Assembly: GCF_004010195.1 (NCBI RefSeq)
Contig: NW_025214684.1
Coordinates: 1-38,147, forward strand
DNA length: 38,147 nucleotides
DNA from: Chiloscyllium plagiosum
Lineage: Eukaryota
Direction: 5' to 3'
The notes below the pieces were generated by a model, which did not search any database, was not told where the DNA came from, and was given only the letters and a program-made list of their open reading frames with translations. Shown here in pieces: positions 23,460 to 35,490 of this stretch (positions within the stretch are counted from its first letter, which is position 1; each line of letters opens with the position of its first letter). The position numbers and the translations under genes are program-made.

Positions 23460-23802
23460 AGGGAGAGGTGATGATCTAGTGGTGTTATCACTGGACTGTT
23501 AATCCAGAGACTCAGATAATGTTCTAGGGAGCTGGGTTTGAATCCCACCATGGTAGATGGTGGAATTTGAATTCAATTAGGAAAAAGAGACTGGAGTTAA
23601 GAGGCTAATGATGACTGAGAATCCATTGTCAAAAAACCCATCTGGTTAACTAATGTCCTTTAGGAAGGAAATTGCCTTCCTTACCTGGTGTGGACAACAT
23701 GTGACTCCAAACCCACAGCAATGTGATTGACTTTTAACTTGCCTCTGGGCAAATAAATTTTGCCTAACCAATGACACCCTCATCCTGTGAATGAGTAAAG
23801 AA
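23460..23802 (+). mobile_element. tRNA-derived Meta-domain SINE (MetaSINE-like)
   Basis: A box tgatctagtgg, B box gggtttgaatccc, central aaaacccatctggttaactaatgtcctttaggaaggaaattgccttccttacctgg...atgtgactcca, and a LINE-like 3' tail. Confidence 0.75.
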
Positions 23803-24639
23803 TTAATTCTGTCACATTAGCAGAACAAAGCTAAATAGCAATGTAATTTAATACCTATGATTTGAATCCAATCTCCATTGATCATAATTCTCACTGACAC
23901 ACAGACTGGCAGACACAATTCGGGGATAAATTATAAAGAAAAATAAAAGAATTATAATTTACCATTTCTATAACAGTTTCAAATGATGACTGGCAAGTTT
24001 TCATGCAATCCTTGGATTATGAGTTATTCGCAGGCACAACTGTATATCTAATTTTGAAGTTAGCAGTGAATGTGAACAATTTCAGTAGACTTCCATAATT
24101 ATTTAATGATTTCTTACAGGCTTGGATCCTTTTCTCAGAACATTCAACAATTCTTTAACTGGACGGAGAACGACAAAAAAAATCAGCGGTCAATCCCAAG
24201 ACTTTTTAAAAATTGCTCTGCACTTGTCAAATATAGTCTGAACAAGCTTTCTTCTCTCTTTCTTTCTAAAAATCAATTTTCTATGGTTGGCAGCTTAGCA
24301 TCATTCCTTCGATTGACCAGCATGACATCCAATCAGCTGCTAGTCCTTGGTTTGGCAACACACTCAGTGCCACAATCGTTCACAGTGTTCATTATTTCAG
24401 TAATTAACTTACATTATCTTCCAGGGCAGTTGGCAATAGCAAACATCTGCATCTGTTATCCTTTTTTTTTTAAAACATGCAGCTGTTCAAAATTCAGCTA
24501 ACCTCAACTTCAACTTTTAGTTTCCTCGAAAAAAGTGAGAAAAATTAAAAGAAATTAGTGAGTGTCTCTACAGTCTCCAGGTGCTCCTTTTGCCCACCCC
24601 AGTCATCATAACATCACGTGCCACCTTCAACAATTTGTA

Positions 24640-26790
24640 TTTATAAACCTTATATGTGGAGCTGCTCATGCACCCCCTTTAACATTTGTTCAATTTAGTT
24701 CATATTTGATCTCCTTATTCCTGTCAAATGCATGATTTCATAAATTCTGTGTTGAAATTTATTTTGTCTGTGCACTCCTGAACAATGCTATTATACTCTA
24801 GGATTTGTACCATTTTCATGTTCAGGAAATTTTGTTCGGTATACCCAAGTCCAGGTCATTAACATACATATCAAATGACAGTTATTCAGACTTGGGGGTA
24901 TCACAATATGTTTCCCTCCAATCTGAGGAATAGCTATTCTTTGCTTTCTGTTTCTTCTCCACATTTATTCCACAGACTTCAGATTTTTGAATAGTTCTAT
25001 TGTGTGGTACTTTACCATAGGTCTATTGAAAGTCATATATAGAATGTATGAAATGACACAACAAAACTAATAACTATGAATCCAAGGGACATAGCTTTTG
25101 GAAACCGGAGAACCTCTTTTGGTCCTTTTGAGCCTCCTCCACCATTCAATAAATTTGCGGCTATTCTGGTTGTGTAACCTCAACTCCACGTTTTGTCTAC
25201 TTCCCCTTAATCATCAACTCCCTTGTCAAAACAAAACTGTATCTATCTCAGCCTTGAATAAATTCAGTGACTCAGCCTTTCCCGTTTTTTGGGGAAAAGC
25301 ATTCCATAGAATAATAACTTTCTGACAGAGAGAAAAAATGACTTCTTGTTTGTTAAAAGGGAGTTCTCTCATTTTTAAAGTGAGTCTGTTGGTTCTAGTC
25401 TCCCCCACAAGAGAAAACAACTTCCTAATATCTACTCTGTCGAGTCACCTCAGGATCTTGCATGTTTCAATATGATCACCTCACAACGTTTTGAATTCCA
25501 TTTGACACAGGTCCAATAACTTCAATCTTCTGTCTTAAGATAAGCACTTTATACCAAGAATGTTAAAAATCACGCTGCAGTGCTCCGAAAGCTCATGTTT
25601 CCAATTAAACCTGTTGGACTATAACCTGGTGTTGTGATTTTTAACTTTGTACACCCCAATCCAACACCGGCATCTCCAAATCATGAATGCCAAGAATGAG
25701 TTGAGTTGAGTGAAACTTCTAAGCTGCTTCTCATGTAAATATGTATTTTTTTTCCAAATGAGGTTGTGAAACATCTTTACTTTTATGCTCCATTTTCCTC
25801 ACAATAAATATCAAGCTTTCATTTTCTTTGCTAATCACTCACTGTGCCATAGCAACTTACACGATTCACATTCCAGAACACCCAGGCCCCTCTGGACTAT
25901 TAAGTTCTACAATTTCTTCACATTTACATAGCTTCTCTATTTTTCCTGCCAAAGTGGAAAAAAATTACATTTTCACAAATTAAGCCATGTCTGGCAATTA
26001 TTTTAACTATCTAATCTCTGTAATTCCTCTTGACAACTTGCTTTCCTATCTATCTTGATGTCATTGACAAGTTTAGTTACTGTGCATTTGTTCCCTCCAT
26101 CTAATTTGTTGATACAGATGGTAATCTCTGTAGGCTGTTATTGATTAACCCAGGAGTTCCAAGTGACAATTAATTTCCAGATTATTTTCTGTTGGATATT
26201 CCCTCACCACTGATTTTTGGCGAAGTGGCTTGCAGTTACTTGATTTAGTCCTTACTCTGTCCACTGCCTTGTCTTTTTTTGAGAAGTGTAACACTTAGGA
26301 ACATGGGAACAGCCCTAGGCCGTTGAGTTTGTTCTGCCATTTAATGAGAACATGGCTGAATTGTGGTCTCACTCCATACATCTGCCTTTGGCCCATTATC
26401 TCTTAATATCTTTGTGTAACAAAACATAATCTATCTCAGATTTAGAAGTAACAACTGATCTTGCATCAACTGCTATTTGTGAAAGAAATCTTCAAACTTT
26501 AACCAACCCTTGTATGGAGAAGTGCTTCCAAACATCTGTTCTGTCTAGTCCTATGTTTAGACTATGCCCCTAGTTCTAGGATCCTCAACCTGTGGAAATA
26601 ATTTATCTTTACCTACGCTGACTTTTCCTGTCAATATCTCGAAAACATCGATCAGTTCACCCCTTAACCTTGAAAATTCTAGAGAAATCCAGCTTAATTT
26701 GTATAATATCCCATCATAACCCCTAAAGTCCAGGTATCATTTTTGTAAATCTATGTTGTACTCCCTCCAATGCCAATATATCCCCTCATC
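24640..26790 (-). mobile_element. Cluster of nested antisense CR1 fragments (3' ends at ~25080 and ~26295)
   Basis: ORF 25226-25420 (MFSLVGETRT...ILWNAFPQK...LNLFKAEID) is the CR1 ORF2 C-terminus. A second 3' end lies at 26295-26790 and older RT remnants flank both. Confidence 0.75.
25562..25686 (+). mobile_element. Short Penelope-derived element with an internal inverted repeat and target-site duplication
   Basis: 12-bp inverted repeat gttaaaaatcac (25562-25573) / gtgatttttaac (25634-25645). Flanked by ataccaagaatg (25551-25562) and atgccaagaatg (25687-25698). Retains ctccgaaagc (3' half of a hammerhead core). Confidence 0.65.
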
Positions 26791-27319
26791 CTTTGGTTTC
26801 ATTCCCATATCTAAAGAGAAATCGAAGATTTTGGCCAGAGCCACTAACATTTGCATTCTTAGTTGCTTCAGCTACTTGGGGTCAAGACTATTTGGATCAT
26901 GAATCTTTATTACTTTGCATGCTCATAACATTCCAAATACGTATTGCGTTTTTGTCTGGATAATGCACCATTTTAACAAAGGCCATAATTTTATGTGAAT
27001 TGGGAAGTTGCACATAGTGGGTTGGATCCCAGGAAAGCACAAAAGAGAAAGTTTCCTCCCCTGGTGGAAGATTTTCAAAATACAGGAAATAGGTTTTGGA
27101 TAGCAGGCTTCCATCAATATTTTGGCTGAATGCTGATATGTACCAAAATGATTGTCCAGTTGTGAATGGTTGTGCACAGCTCAACGCTTTGGTGAATCCT
27201 GTCTGTTCCTTTAGCCTCATGATGTTTGCAGAAGTTCACTTTTCCTTCAGTCTTTTAGTCAGGACATCAAACCCAGAGTGTGTATATATACTTCATATTA
27301 GTTCATGACTCCACTTTAC

Positions 27320-29590
27320 AAATCAGTCACATGTGACCAGCATATATCGTGCTACTTTGAGAAAATCACTGAAGAGATTATTGGGGTGCTTAAGCAACAG
27401 CTCTGCTCTCATAGTTGCTCTGGAGGAGTCTCCTGGTCCTTGCTGTCTTGATACCCTGATTCATAGTTGACTGCCTCATTCTCCACAATCTGGTCATCAA
27501 GTAGACACAGGTTGGGATTTGGTGACTGTGTTAGGAGGTGGAAGGGACCAAGTTGTCCTCAAACCTTCTTTCGGGTTTGTCTTGAACCCAAGCACAAAAG
27601 ATTCTTCAACTTCTGAGTGTCCCACATCCCATCAGGTTAGGGACCATCAGTATCCTACAATTTGAGAATAAAATCCATTGCAAAACAACATAAAGTTATT
27701 TCCACCGAAACATCTAAAATTCCACTTTAAAATCAACCTTCTGCATTCCCTTAGTACCTAGGTTGGGAATACTTTGCCTGGCTGACTGCTGCTTAAGTTC
27801 TACCTGTAGCATGGTGGTTTGTTTTCATTGGAAAGTTGTAGATGGCCTTGCAGGCATGCCCCTGAGAACTTGGACTCCTCCATCTTTGACACGTGAGGCA
27901 GTGGGCTAGACTGATTGCCTGACAAGCAATTCTAGGGTCACCAGTGGAGTGACAGTGATAGTACAAATGTTATCATCCCAAGAGTGGATAATAGGCTTGT
28001 CCTGCGCAGATCCACTGGCACTGCCTTGGGTCAGTGTCTCAGCAGTTCTAATAGTCTGAAAGAGCACTGATTGTTGGACTCCTGTAACACATCTTAGGTT
28101 CGGCTGACAGCAGTTTGAGCATTTTTGGCAGTAGGTTGGCGATTTCATGACATCAGTCTGAGCTTTGATTGCAGCACTTGGGTATTGGTGGCTTCTTCTC
28201 ATCTTGCAGTGGGTGGTCAGACATTGGCCATCAGATAGTGCAGCAGGCTAAGAGCTGCAAGTGTTCCTATGGTAAACCTTTTACTAAGTTGAAACGCTAG
28301 ACTCTTCCATGCTCCAAGACAGTAAACTATCCTGGCGGGATAGTCAATAAACTAAGCATTTCCTTGGGTATGCCAATTTAGCTTTCATTTTCACACTGTT
28401 CTGCCAAAGTCCTCATCTGAGACTTCTAAACTGAACTCTTGTATGACTAGCCCCGTCAGCTCTCCATCCCATTGGAGGTGGAACTGTACAATTCTATCCT
28501 TGTAGCCTTTTTTAAAGATTACAAGCCACTGTGAAATATGTGCAGTGCTAGTTTCTGAGTTGGTGATTGCAGACATGAGAATGAGTGACTTCTGTTACCA
28601 GTCTTGATGTGTTGTTCTTGATTTCCAACTCCCCAAGGTGCGGGGATGAGATAGGGAATCAAGTGAAGCACGATTTACAGCTTGAGCAGAAAAATTGGAA
28701 CAGATTGTATGAGTGCAGTGTATATTGATGTTGGGTTAGGTGGGAAATACCATTATCTTCTATGATCTGAGCTCCGCTGGCTCTTCTAAATGACAGCTAA
28801 TCCTGATGACTACCCTCTCTTTTCTGAGAGGGTCAGGATTTGTAGTTGTGCCCATGTCCTGTTTATTAGATACCACTTGTGAATGTGTTCCACCTGGTTC
28901 TGCAAGAAATAAAGACCATATTTATTCTCTAACAGAGTAAATGGGTAATATGACTGACTGCTTATTTAAATTCTAGTAGAACACAATTTATGACTAAATG
29001 TTTACATGTTGAGATGTGGGTGTGAAGATGGCAGCAGTGCCAAATGTGTGACAGTGAAGTGCAGCTGTGAATGTGAGCTATAAATTATATTTGATAGAGA
29101 ATGTTGGTAGCTGCTTGGGTGTGCAGTGCATTGAACAGTGTACGAAGCTACCAGACCACTTGTAAGGATATAGTATTTTCAAAAATTTTCAGTGGCTTTG
29201 ACCACTTGTGTGAAGTAATCTAAATTAGTTCAGTGCTACATCCAAGTCCTTAATGACACTGCTCACATTGGGAAATCTGAGTGGATGGTGAGTGTGCTTC
29301 ATTGCTGGTAAAGTGCTTTGAGATCCTCAGTTTTCTGGAAAGTTCAGTCTAAATGCAAGTGTGTCTGACCTTCTGCTCATTAATATGTTGTGCTGCCACT
29401 AATCTTCAGTTGGCCAAACACTCTTCTGCAAGACCTTCAGTGCCTACTGCAGTCACAATAAAGTAATACAGGCAGCTTTAAGTAGTGGTAGCTTTAGATG
29501 AGCTTTGAGAGACATGTAGGCCACCTAACCATTCATCAGCATATTTAGTCATAAATTGTGTTCTACTAGAATTTAAATAAGCAGACAGCA
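27320..29590. mobile_element. PIF/Harbinger DNA transposon fossil (transposase C-terminus on +, Myb/SANT-like gene on -)
   Basis: Plus strand 27360-27500: RKITEEIIGVLKQQLCSHSCSGG...FIVDCLILHNLVIK (HARBI1-like IE..IG.LK.RF..L..SGG...CC.LHN). Minus strand 29197-29250: RTWM*H*TNLDYFTQVVK (similar to RTW.QCRKKFNDL..VVK), with an acceptor-like gtctttatttcttgcag at ~28900-28917. Convergent two-gene layout is typical of Harbinger. Confidence 0.65.
28958..29584. repeat. Perfect 42-bp inverted repeat with a 543-bp spacer
   Basis: ctgcttatttaaattctagtagaacacaatttatgactaaat (28958-28999) is the exact reverse complement of 29543-29584. Confidence 0.95.
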
Positions 29591-32241
29591 AGCAATGCTT
29601 GTACTTCATTACTTTGACCTTGACTTAATTGTTTATCCCATTGTTAAACATATGTTTCTTTGGGACCATCACTTTTTTAGGCCTTAAAATGGAAATACAT
29701 AACCATAAGAAAACATGCTATATTTTTATATGCAACTGTGTTGGGAAGTGTTTATCTTTTATACTGAACTGTTTCTGTAAAACAGCACATTTGCATGCAA
29801 TATAATTATCATAAGTTCCCAGTAAACAACATGCACTAACTTGTAACAGAAAATTCAAATTTTATTTAACATGGATGGAAACCTTTAAATCCTTTTCATT
29901 TTGACATGAGTGGGCAGAGACCAAAATTGACCTGTCTGTGAATCTTTGAGCCCTGTTCTTCACCTTCAAACTTGAACAATTCTCTGCAATCAAGAGCAAA
30001 ACAGTTTGTGCAAATGTGGCAAACATTGCTTTCAGCACAATCTTCTTCATGCCAAGAAATCTGGACATTTCAGTAAACCCCTTGCAAGGCCAGCATGCAT
30101 TCAAAATATACAGTACCTTCATAAAGTATAAATTTAAGTGTACATTTCAGTGACTTCAATAAAATGTATCTGTGCCGGTCACCCTACCTGTGTACTCTTT
30201 GTACTCTTGTGAAAGCTGTTGAAATTTTGATGGTTGTTAATCCAATGACAACTGGCACTATTGCTGTAAAACTCTTGTATTAAGCTTTTATGAGTTTCCG
30301 TGTAACACTTAACATCTAATGCTAGAGTGGACTTTGATTTTGTAAAATACTTTATAAATGAATACCTTTCAGCATATTTTATATCTGTACATATACGCTA
30401 GAGAAAAAGTGATGATAAATGTCGGAACAGAACTAATCGGTGAGCTCTAGTCCACTTCGGTATGGCAGTTGCTCAAGAGTTTTATTAAGAGAGTGGTAAA
30501 ATTATCATTTTGTTTTTTTTTCATCTTGAGGATTCTTACATGGTTGAAATAACTGCTTCTTTTGAATAATTTTGTTGCAGACAGAATTCCTTTTTGTGTG
30601 ATTCTATCCTAAATGCAATATTTTCGTTAGAGTTGGTTGGAGTTGGTAATTCACAACTGTGGTCACACTATTGAGCTGTAGCATGTGGAGGATGTACTTT
30701 TAAAATAAATCTTTAACTGAACTGTGGGAGAAGTTGCCCTTTGTATTCAGATGTTTTGTTTTAAAAATGGCACTGTTGACCTCATTATCTTTTACAATGG
30801 TGCTTCTTTCCATTCCATTACCAGTGACAATTCAAAATTACCAATGACAGCAAATGCTCAGAGATCTAATTCAATGTCTGTAGGAGTAATTCTACTTGTA
30901 TTAATTTTTTATGGTATTTATATTTATTCCTGTTGAAGTTGTTATATAATGTGGTTGGATTTCATTCTTGTACCTTCACAGAACAGCATTGCAAAGTGGA
31001 CAAACATGGAAAATATGTCTCTTGTATTTTGCCTATTATTCATTTAATTAACCTGTGTAAATAGAGGTCAGCCCCGATAGAAAATTAAATTGTGTGTAGT
31101 CAGATTTTTTTAAAAAACCCATCAGTATACGAGCTCAACATGATTAAATAATCAATGTTCATAACAAGGTGTGGTTGGAATAGTCCTGACTGTGATTTGA
31201 CATGTTCAGTGCTTGCATTGCAGAAGTGCTGCTTTAGCTTTAAACCTGAATAGTTGAACAGTGACATAATTGGACATTTCAATTTACTTACCTGGTTTAC
31301 TGAATTACTGACAACATTTCATGTCAACATCAATTTGTATACATATTAATAAAAGAAAATACACATGGGGAGTGCCCCTAAATTTTGGTTTGGTTGAAAG
31401 AAAAATAATTTGCCATGCTTTCTTCCTTGTTGCAAAATCAACAGATTAAGATTGCATTTTAAAACTTACCAAAGACTCTCATCAATCTAATAAATCAAAA
31501 TGTAATTAAGGCACCTCTGAAACATCAGTGATGCCATCTTCTGACAATGAATGTATGAGAGAGTTTACTCGAAGATCTCTCTTTAATTACTTGACACGAA
31601 CAATGAGACAATGAATCATACATTGCTTCTTTTGTTTCCATACATTAGGGCAGTGCCTTGAATGATGTTTTAAGCATCAAATTTGTATTTCTTAATACAT
31701 TTTTTATATATCAAATAGCACAGATGCATTTTTCTAATTGTTCAGATGGAATGGACTAAATTGACATAGGCCCAGAAAGATATTAAAATAACAGCATCAT
31801 GAGAAGAGTATTGTTTTGTTGAGGTTGTTATGATTCCAAGAGTTCAACATTGATGGGCATTTTGTTTAACTAAACTGCAGGCTGTTCCCTAAACAGTTTA
31901 ATTTTAACATAATTTTGTCAATAGTTGGTGTAGTTGTCAATGTAGTACTTTCAGAGCCGTATAGCAGTTTGATGTAATGCCATAAAAACCTTCCCGGAAA
32001 TTTTATGCTGTGCCATTCTTTCCAATTAACAAATTTCATGTATGAGAAACATGTGATATTTGTGAATAGCGAATTATTGCCCCTGTTCCTCTTTCCTTGA
32101 CTAAGATGAAGGGTTTATTTGTTTTACGGTGTTCAGGGAATAACTGCTAATGAGTCTAAACAAGACTTCTTAAGAAGCAGAAGATCCTGCCTTAACACAA
32201 TGCAGTTTATTGCATGATAGCTATCAGGTACAAGTTACCTT

Positions 32242-32857
32242 CAATAGACAATAGACAATAGGTGCAGGAGTAGGCCATTCACCCCTTTGAGCCCTCACCA
32301 CCATTCATTATGATCATGGCTGATCATCCACAATCAGTATCCTGTTCCTGCCTTATTCCCCATAACCCTTGATTCCACTACCTTTAAGAGTTCTATTCAT
32401 CTCTTTCTTGAAACTATCCAGAGACTTGGCCTCCATTGTCTTCTAGGGCAGAGCATTCCATATAACCAACACCTCTGGGTAAAGAAGTTTCTCATCAACT
32501 CTGTTCTAAATGGCCTACCCCTTATTTTTAAACTGTGTCCTCTGGTTCTGGACTCACCTATCAGCAGAAGCATGCTTCCTGTCTCAGAGTGTCCAATCCT
32601 TTAATGATCTTATCCGTCTCAATCAGATCCCCCTCAACCTTCTGAACTTAAATGTATACAAGCACAGTCGCTCCAACCTTTCAACATATGATAGTCCCAC
32701 CATTCTGGGAATTGACCTTGTGAACCTATGCTGCACTCCCTCAATAGCCAGAATGTCCTTCCTCAAATTTGGAGACCAAAACTGCATATGGTAGTCCAAG
32801 TGTGGTCTCACCAGGGCCCTGTACAGCTGCAGAAGGACCTCTTTGCTCCTATATTCA
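32242..32857 (-). mobile_element. Relatively young 5'-truncated CR1 LINE 3' end
   Basis: ORF EYRSKEVLLQLYRALVRPHLDYHMQFWSPNLRKDILAIEGVQHRFTRSIPRMVGLSYVERLERLCLY...RRLRG (CR1 ORF2 C-terminal region), with a heptamer tail caatagacaatagacaatag at 32242-32261. Confidence 0.92.
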
Positions 32858-33694
32858 TAAGGCAAATATTATTATGAGCAGACTTGTGCATATAGGTATG
32901 TACTTCATAAGATTTTAAGATGTTCTGCCTCATCCCCACCTAACCCTGCACAGTAAAGTAGTCACCATAGTCTTAACAGATTGTATGGTGGCTTTCATTA
33001 GACCAAGATAACTGATGGTGTTAACCTGATGGGTAGTATGCCTTAGATGAAGGATTATAACAGGGCTTGAATATGAAACCTCTGGCTCAGAGATTGGGAA
33101 ATTGCCACTTTGCCACAAAATCTCCCCCTATCACTTTACTGTAGCTCTGAACTCTCATATTTTTCTCGTGTCTTGCCTCGTGCTGACTCTCAGCTTATCT
33201 TGTTCATAAATCCCACCAGCTCTTCCCTCAATCCCATTCCCACAATACTAATAATATCTCATTAACCTTCCTGATCCTCATAATAATTAGTATTGTGAGT
33301 GGCTCTCTGTCTTCAATATCGCTGCTGCGCTTTCTCCTTGATTCCATCATACTGGTAAAATACCATCACATCTCTAACCTCTGCTTCAGTACCAAACAGC
33401 TTTTATCATAATCACAAATGACATCCTGTGTGAGTATAAGTAAACTTTGTCTGTAGCCTTTGACACAGTTGACGACATCATTCTTTTCCATTGCCTCACC
33501 ACTGTCATCCAACTGGGTTGGTACCGTTCTCACTAGTTTCCATTCTTATCTAGCGAGATTATCACATGTAATTATTTATCTTCCTGTTCCTGCACTGTTG
33601 GCTCTGGTGTACTCCAAACATCTAACTCCTATTTCTGGCCTATATGCTTTCCCTTCATGGCATCATTCAAAGATACACCATTTATTTTCAGATG

Positions 33695-33910
33695 TATGTC
33701 CAAAGATGTGCAGGCTAGATGAATTGGCCATGCTAAATTGCTCTGTAATGTGCCGGGATGTGCAGGTTAGGTGGATTAGCCATGAGAAATTCTGGGGTAC
33801 AGGGATAAGGTTAGGGGACTAGGTCTGAGGTGGGATGGTCTTCGGAGAGTTGGTGCAGACTCGATGGGCAGAGTGGCTTCTTCTGCACTGTCGGGATTCT
33901 ATATTTCTAT
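33695..33910 (+). mobile_element. 5'-truncated HE1-type SINE
   Basis: ccaaagatgtgcaggctag...gatgtgcaggttaggtggattagccatg...ctgtcgggattctatatttctat is homologous to the 3' halves of 20128-20394 and 4477-4816. Confidence 0.8.
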
Positions 33911-34450
33911 GTTCTTTTACTCAGCCTCTCAACTTCTGCCTATTGCCAGTTAAAAAGACTGCTTATCTGACATCCAGTACTTGACAGAACAAAATCTCCC
34001 TTCAATTAAATGTTTGGAGAACTGATACCATTTCTTTTTGTCCATGCTCCAAATCTCTTTTTTTCTAACAACGGACCCTGCCCAATTTCCTGGTAACAGT
34101 CAGGGATTAAGCCAATCTGCTTGCAGCAATGGTGTCACATTTGATCCTGAGATGAGCTTCTAATCTCATTTGTACCCTCATTGAGACCACGTTTCTCTCC
34201 CACTGTAATGTTGCCTGATACTGCCCTGTTCCAGGTGTAGTCATCATTCATGTCATCACTACCTCCAGTGTCAACTATTGCTGTGAACTTCTGTCCAGTC
34301 TCTCGCATTCTATCCACCATAAATCAAATCCCAGTTAAGTGATGTCTTGACTTTAAAAATGTTAAATCTCTCCTTGGCCTTGTCCATCCAAACCCTTGTA
34401 ATCTCTTCGGAACCACAAACTTGGAGATATCAGCACTTTTCTGACTGCGC

Positions 34451-34577
34451 AAGTGAGTACTGCAGATGCTGGAGATTAGAATCAAGAGTGTGGTGCTGGG
34501 AAAGCACAACGGGTCAGGCAGTACCCGAGGAGCAGGAAAATCGATGTTTCGGGCAAAAGCCCTTTATCAGGAATGAG
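34451..34577 (-). mobile_element. Penelope-derived short element with a hammerhead-like motif
   Basis: Minus strand cctgataaagggcttttgcccgaaacatcga...tgcctgacccgttgtgctttcccagcaccacac...ctccagcatctgcagt. The same terminus occurs as a 27-bp stub at 5094-5120. Confidence 0.7.
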
Positions 34578-35029
34578 GTCATTCTGACTCTGGCCTTATG
34601 TATCCCTGATTTTAGTAGTTCCATAATTGATGTCATGTCTTCAGCTGTCTAAGTCAGGAATACCCCTTCTTGCACCTCTCTGCTCTTCTATGTTGACTTA
34701 ATTTGTTTAAGACTGACATTATTAACCATCTTTTTGGTCATTTGACCTGGTGTTGCCTTATGTAGCACAGTGCTATTCTTTGTTTGCTAATGCTCCCTTG
34801 AAGGAACTTGGTATGCTTAATTACTTTAAAGGAACTAAACAAGTTTAAGCAAATCTGGTTATTAGAAATACTCCTGAACTCTATGATCCAGAAAGAACCC
34901 TACAAAATTCAGTCGATGTGTATCAAATGAACTTGACATTTGTATTGTTGCAAATATGAAAACAACAATCTGTTGCTTTCAAGACTAAATTATAAGATGT
35001 AGGATGCAATTAAAACTGGTTGTTACTCA

Positions 35030-35490
35030 CATGCCCACTTGTCTGTCCTCGACATGCTGCAGTGAATCTCAATGCAAACTGAAGAGGCAACATCTCATCT
35101 TAAGACTAGGCGGTTTACAATCTTCTGGACTCAGTATTGAGTTCAGCATCTTCTAACTGTGAACTCACTCCTTTCATTTACTGCTTTACTTGTTACATCC
35201 TCTTCACACTTCCCCGAACCCCAGCGCGTTCTTTCCAGTCTGACAGACGCACCATTGTTTGACCATTCTCACATTCCAATCACTTAATCTCAACTATCAA
35301 CATCTTTTCTCCAACAGCACTCCAACCACATTCTCTGCCCCACCCCTCCCAACTATTGCATAAATGCTACCCCTTCCACGCTTCACTTCAGTTGTGATGA
35401 AGAGTCATCTAGACTCAAAATGTTAGCTTGTTTTCTCTCCAGGGATGCTGCCTGACCCGCTGTGATCTCCACAGTTTTTATTTTCAGTTA
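35030..35490 (+). mobile_element. Penelope-like element 3' end (GIY-YIG endonuclease C-terminus plus pLTR with a decayed hammerhead)
   Basis: 35073-35156 encodes CKLKRQHLILRLGGLQSSGLSIEFSIF* (similar to RKL.EQHLIFRLGTLQP.GLNIEF). Followed by a C-rich UTR and gtgatga-a-gagtc-atcta-gactc-aaaa at 35394-35420. Confidence 0.8.

Larger units (their letters stand above)
33180..34830 (+). mobile_element. L2-clade LINE (RT to 3' end), degenerate, with nested SINEs
   Basis: Remnants of STETAL.K.TNDIL (cagtaccaaacagcttttatcataatcacaaatgacatcctg) and LSVAFDTVD (ttgtctgtagcctttgacacagttgac), plus an L2-like 3' end. Confidence 0.75.
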
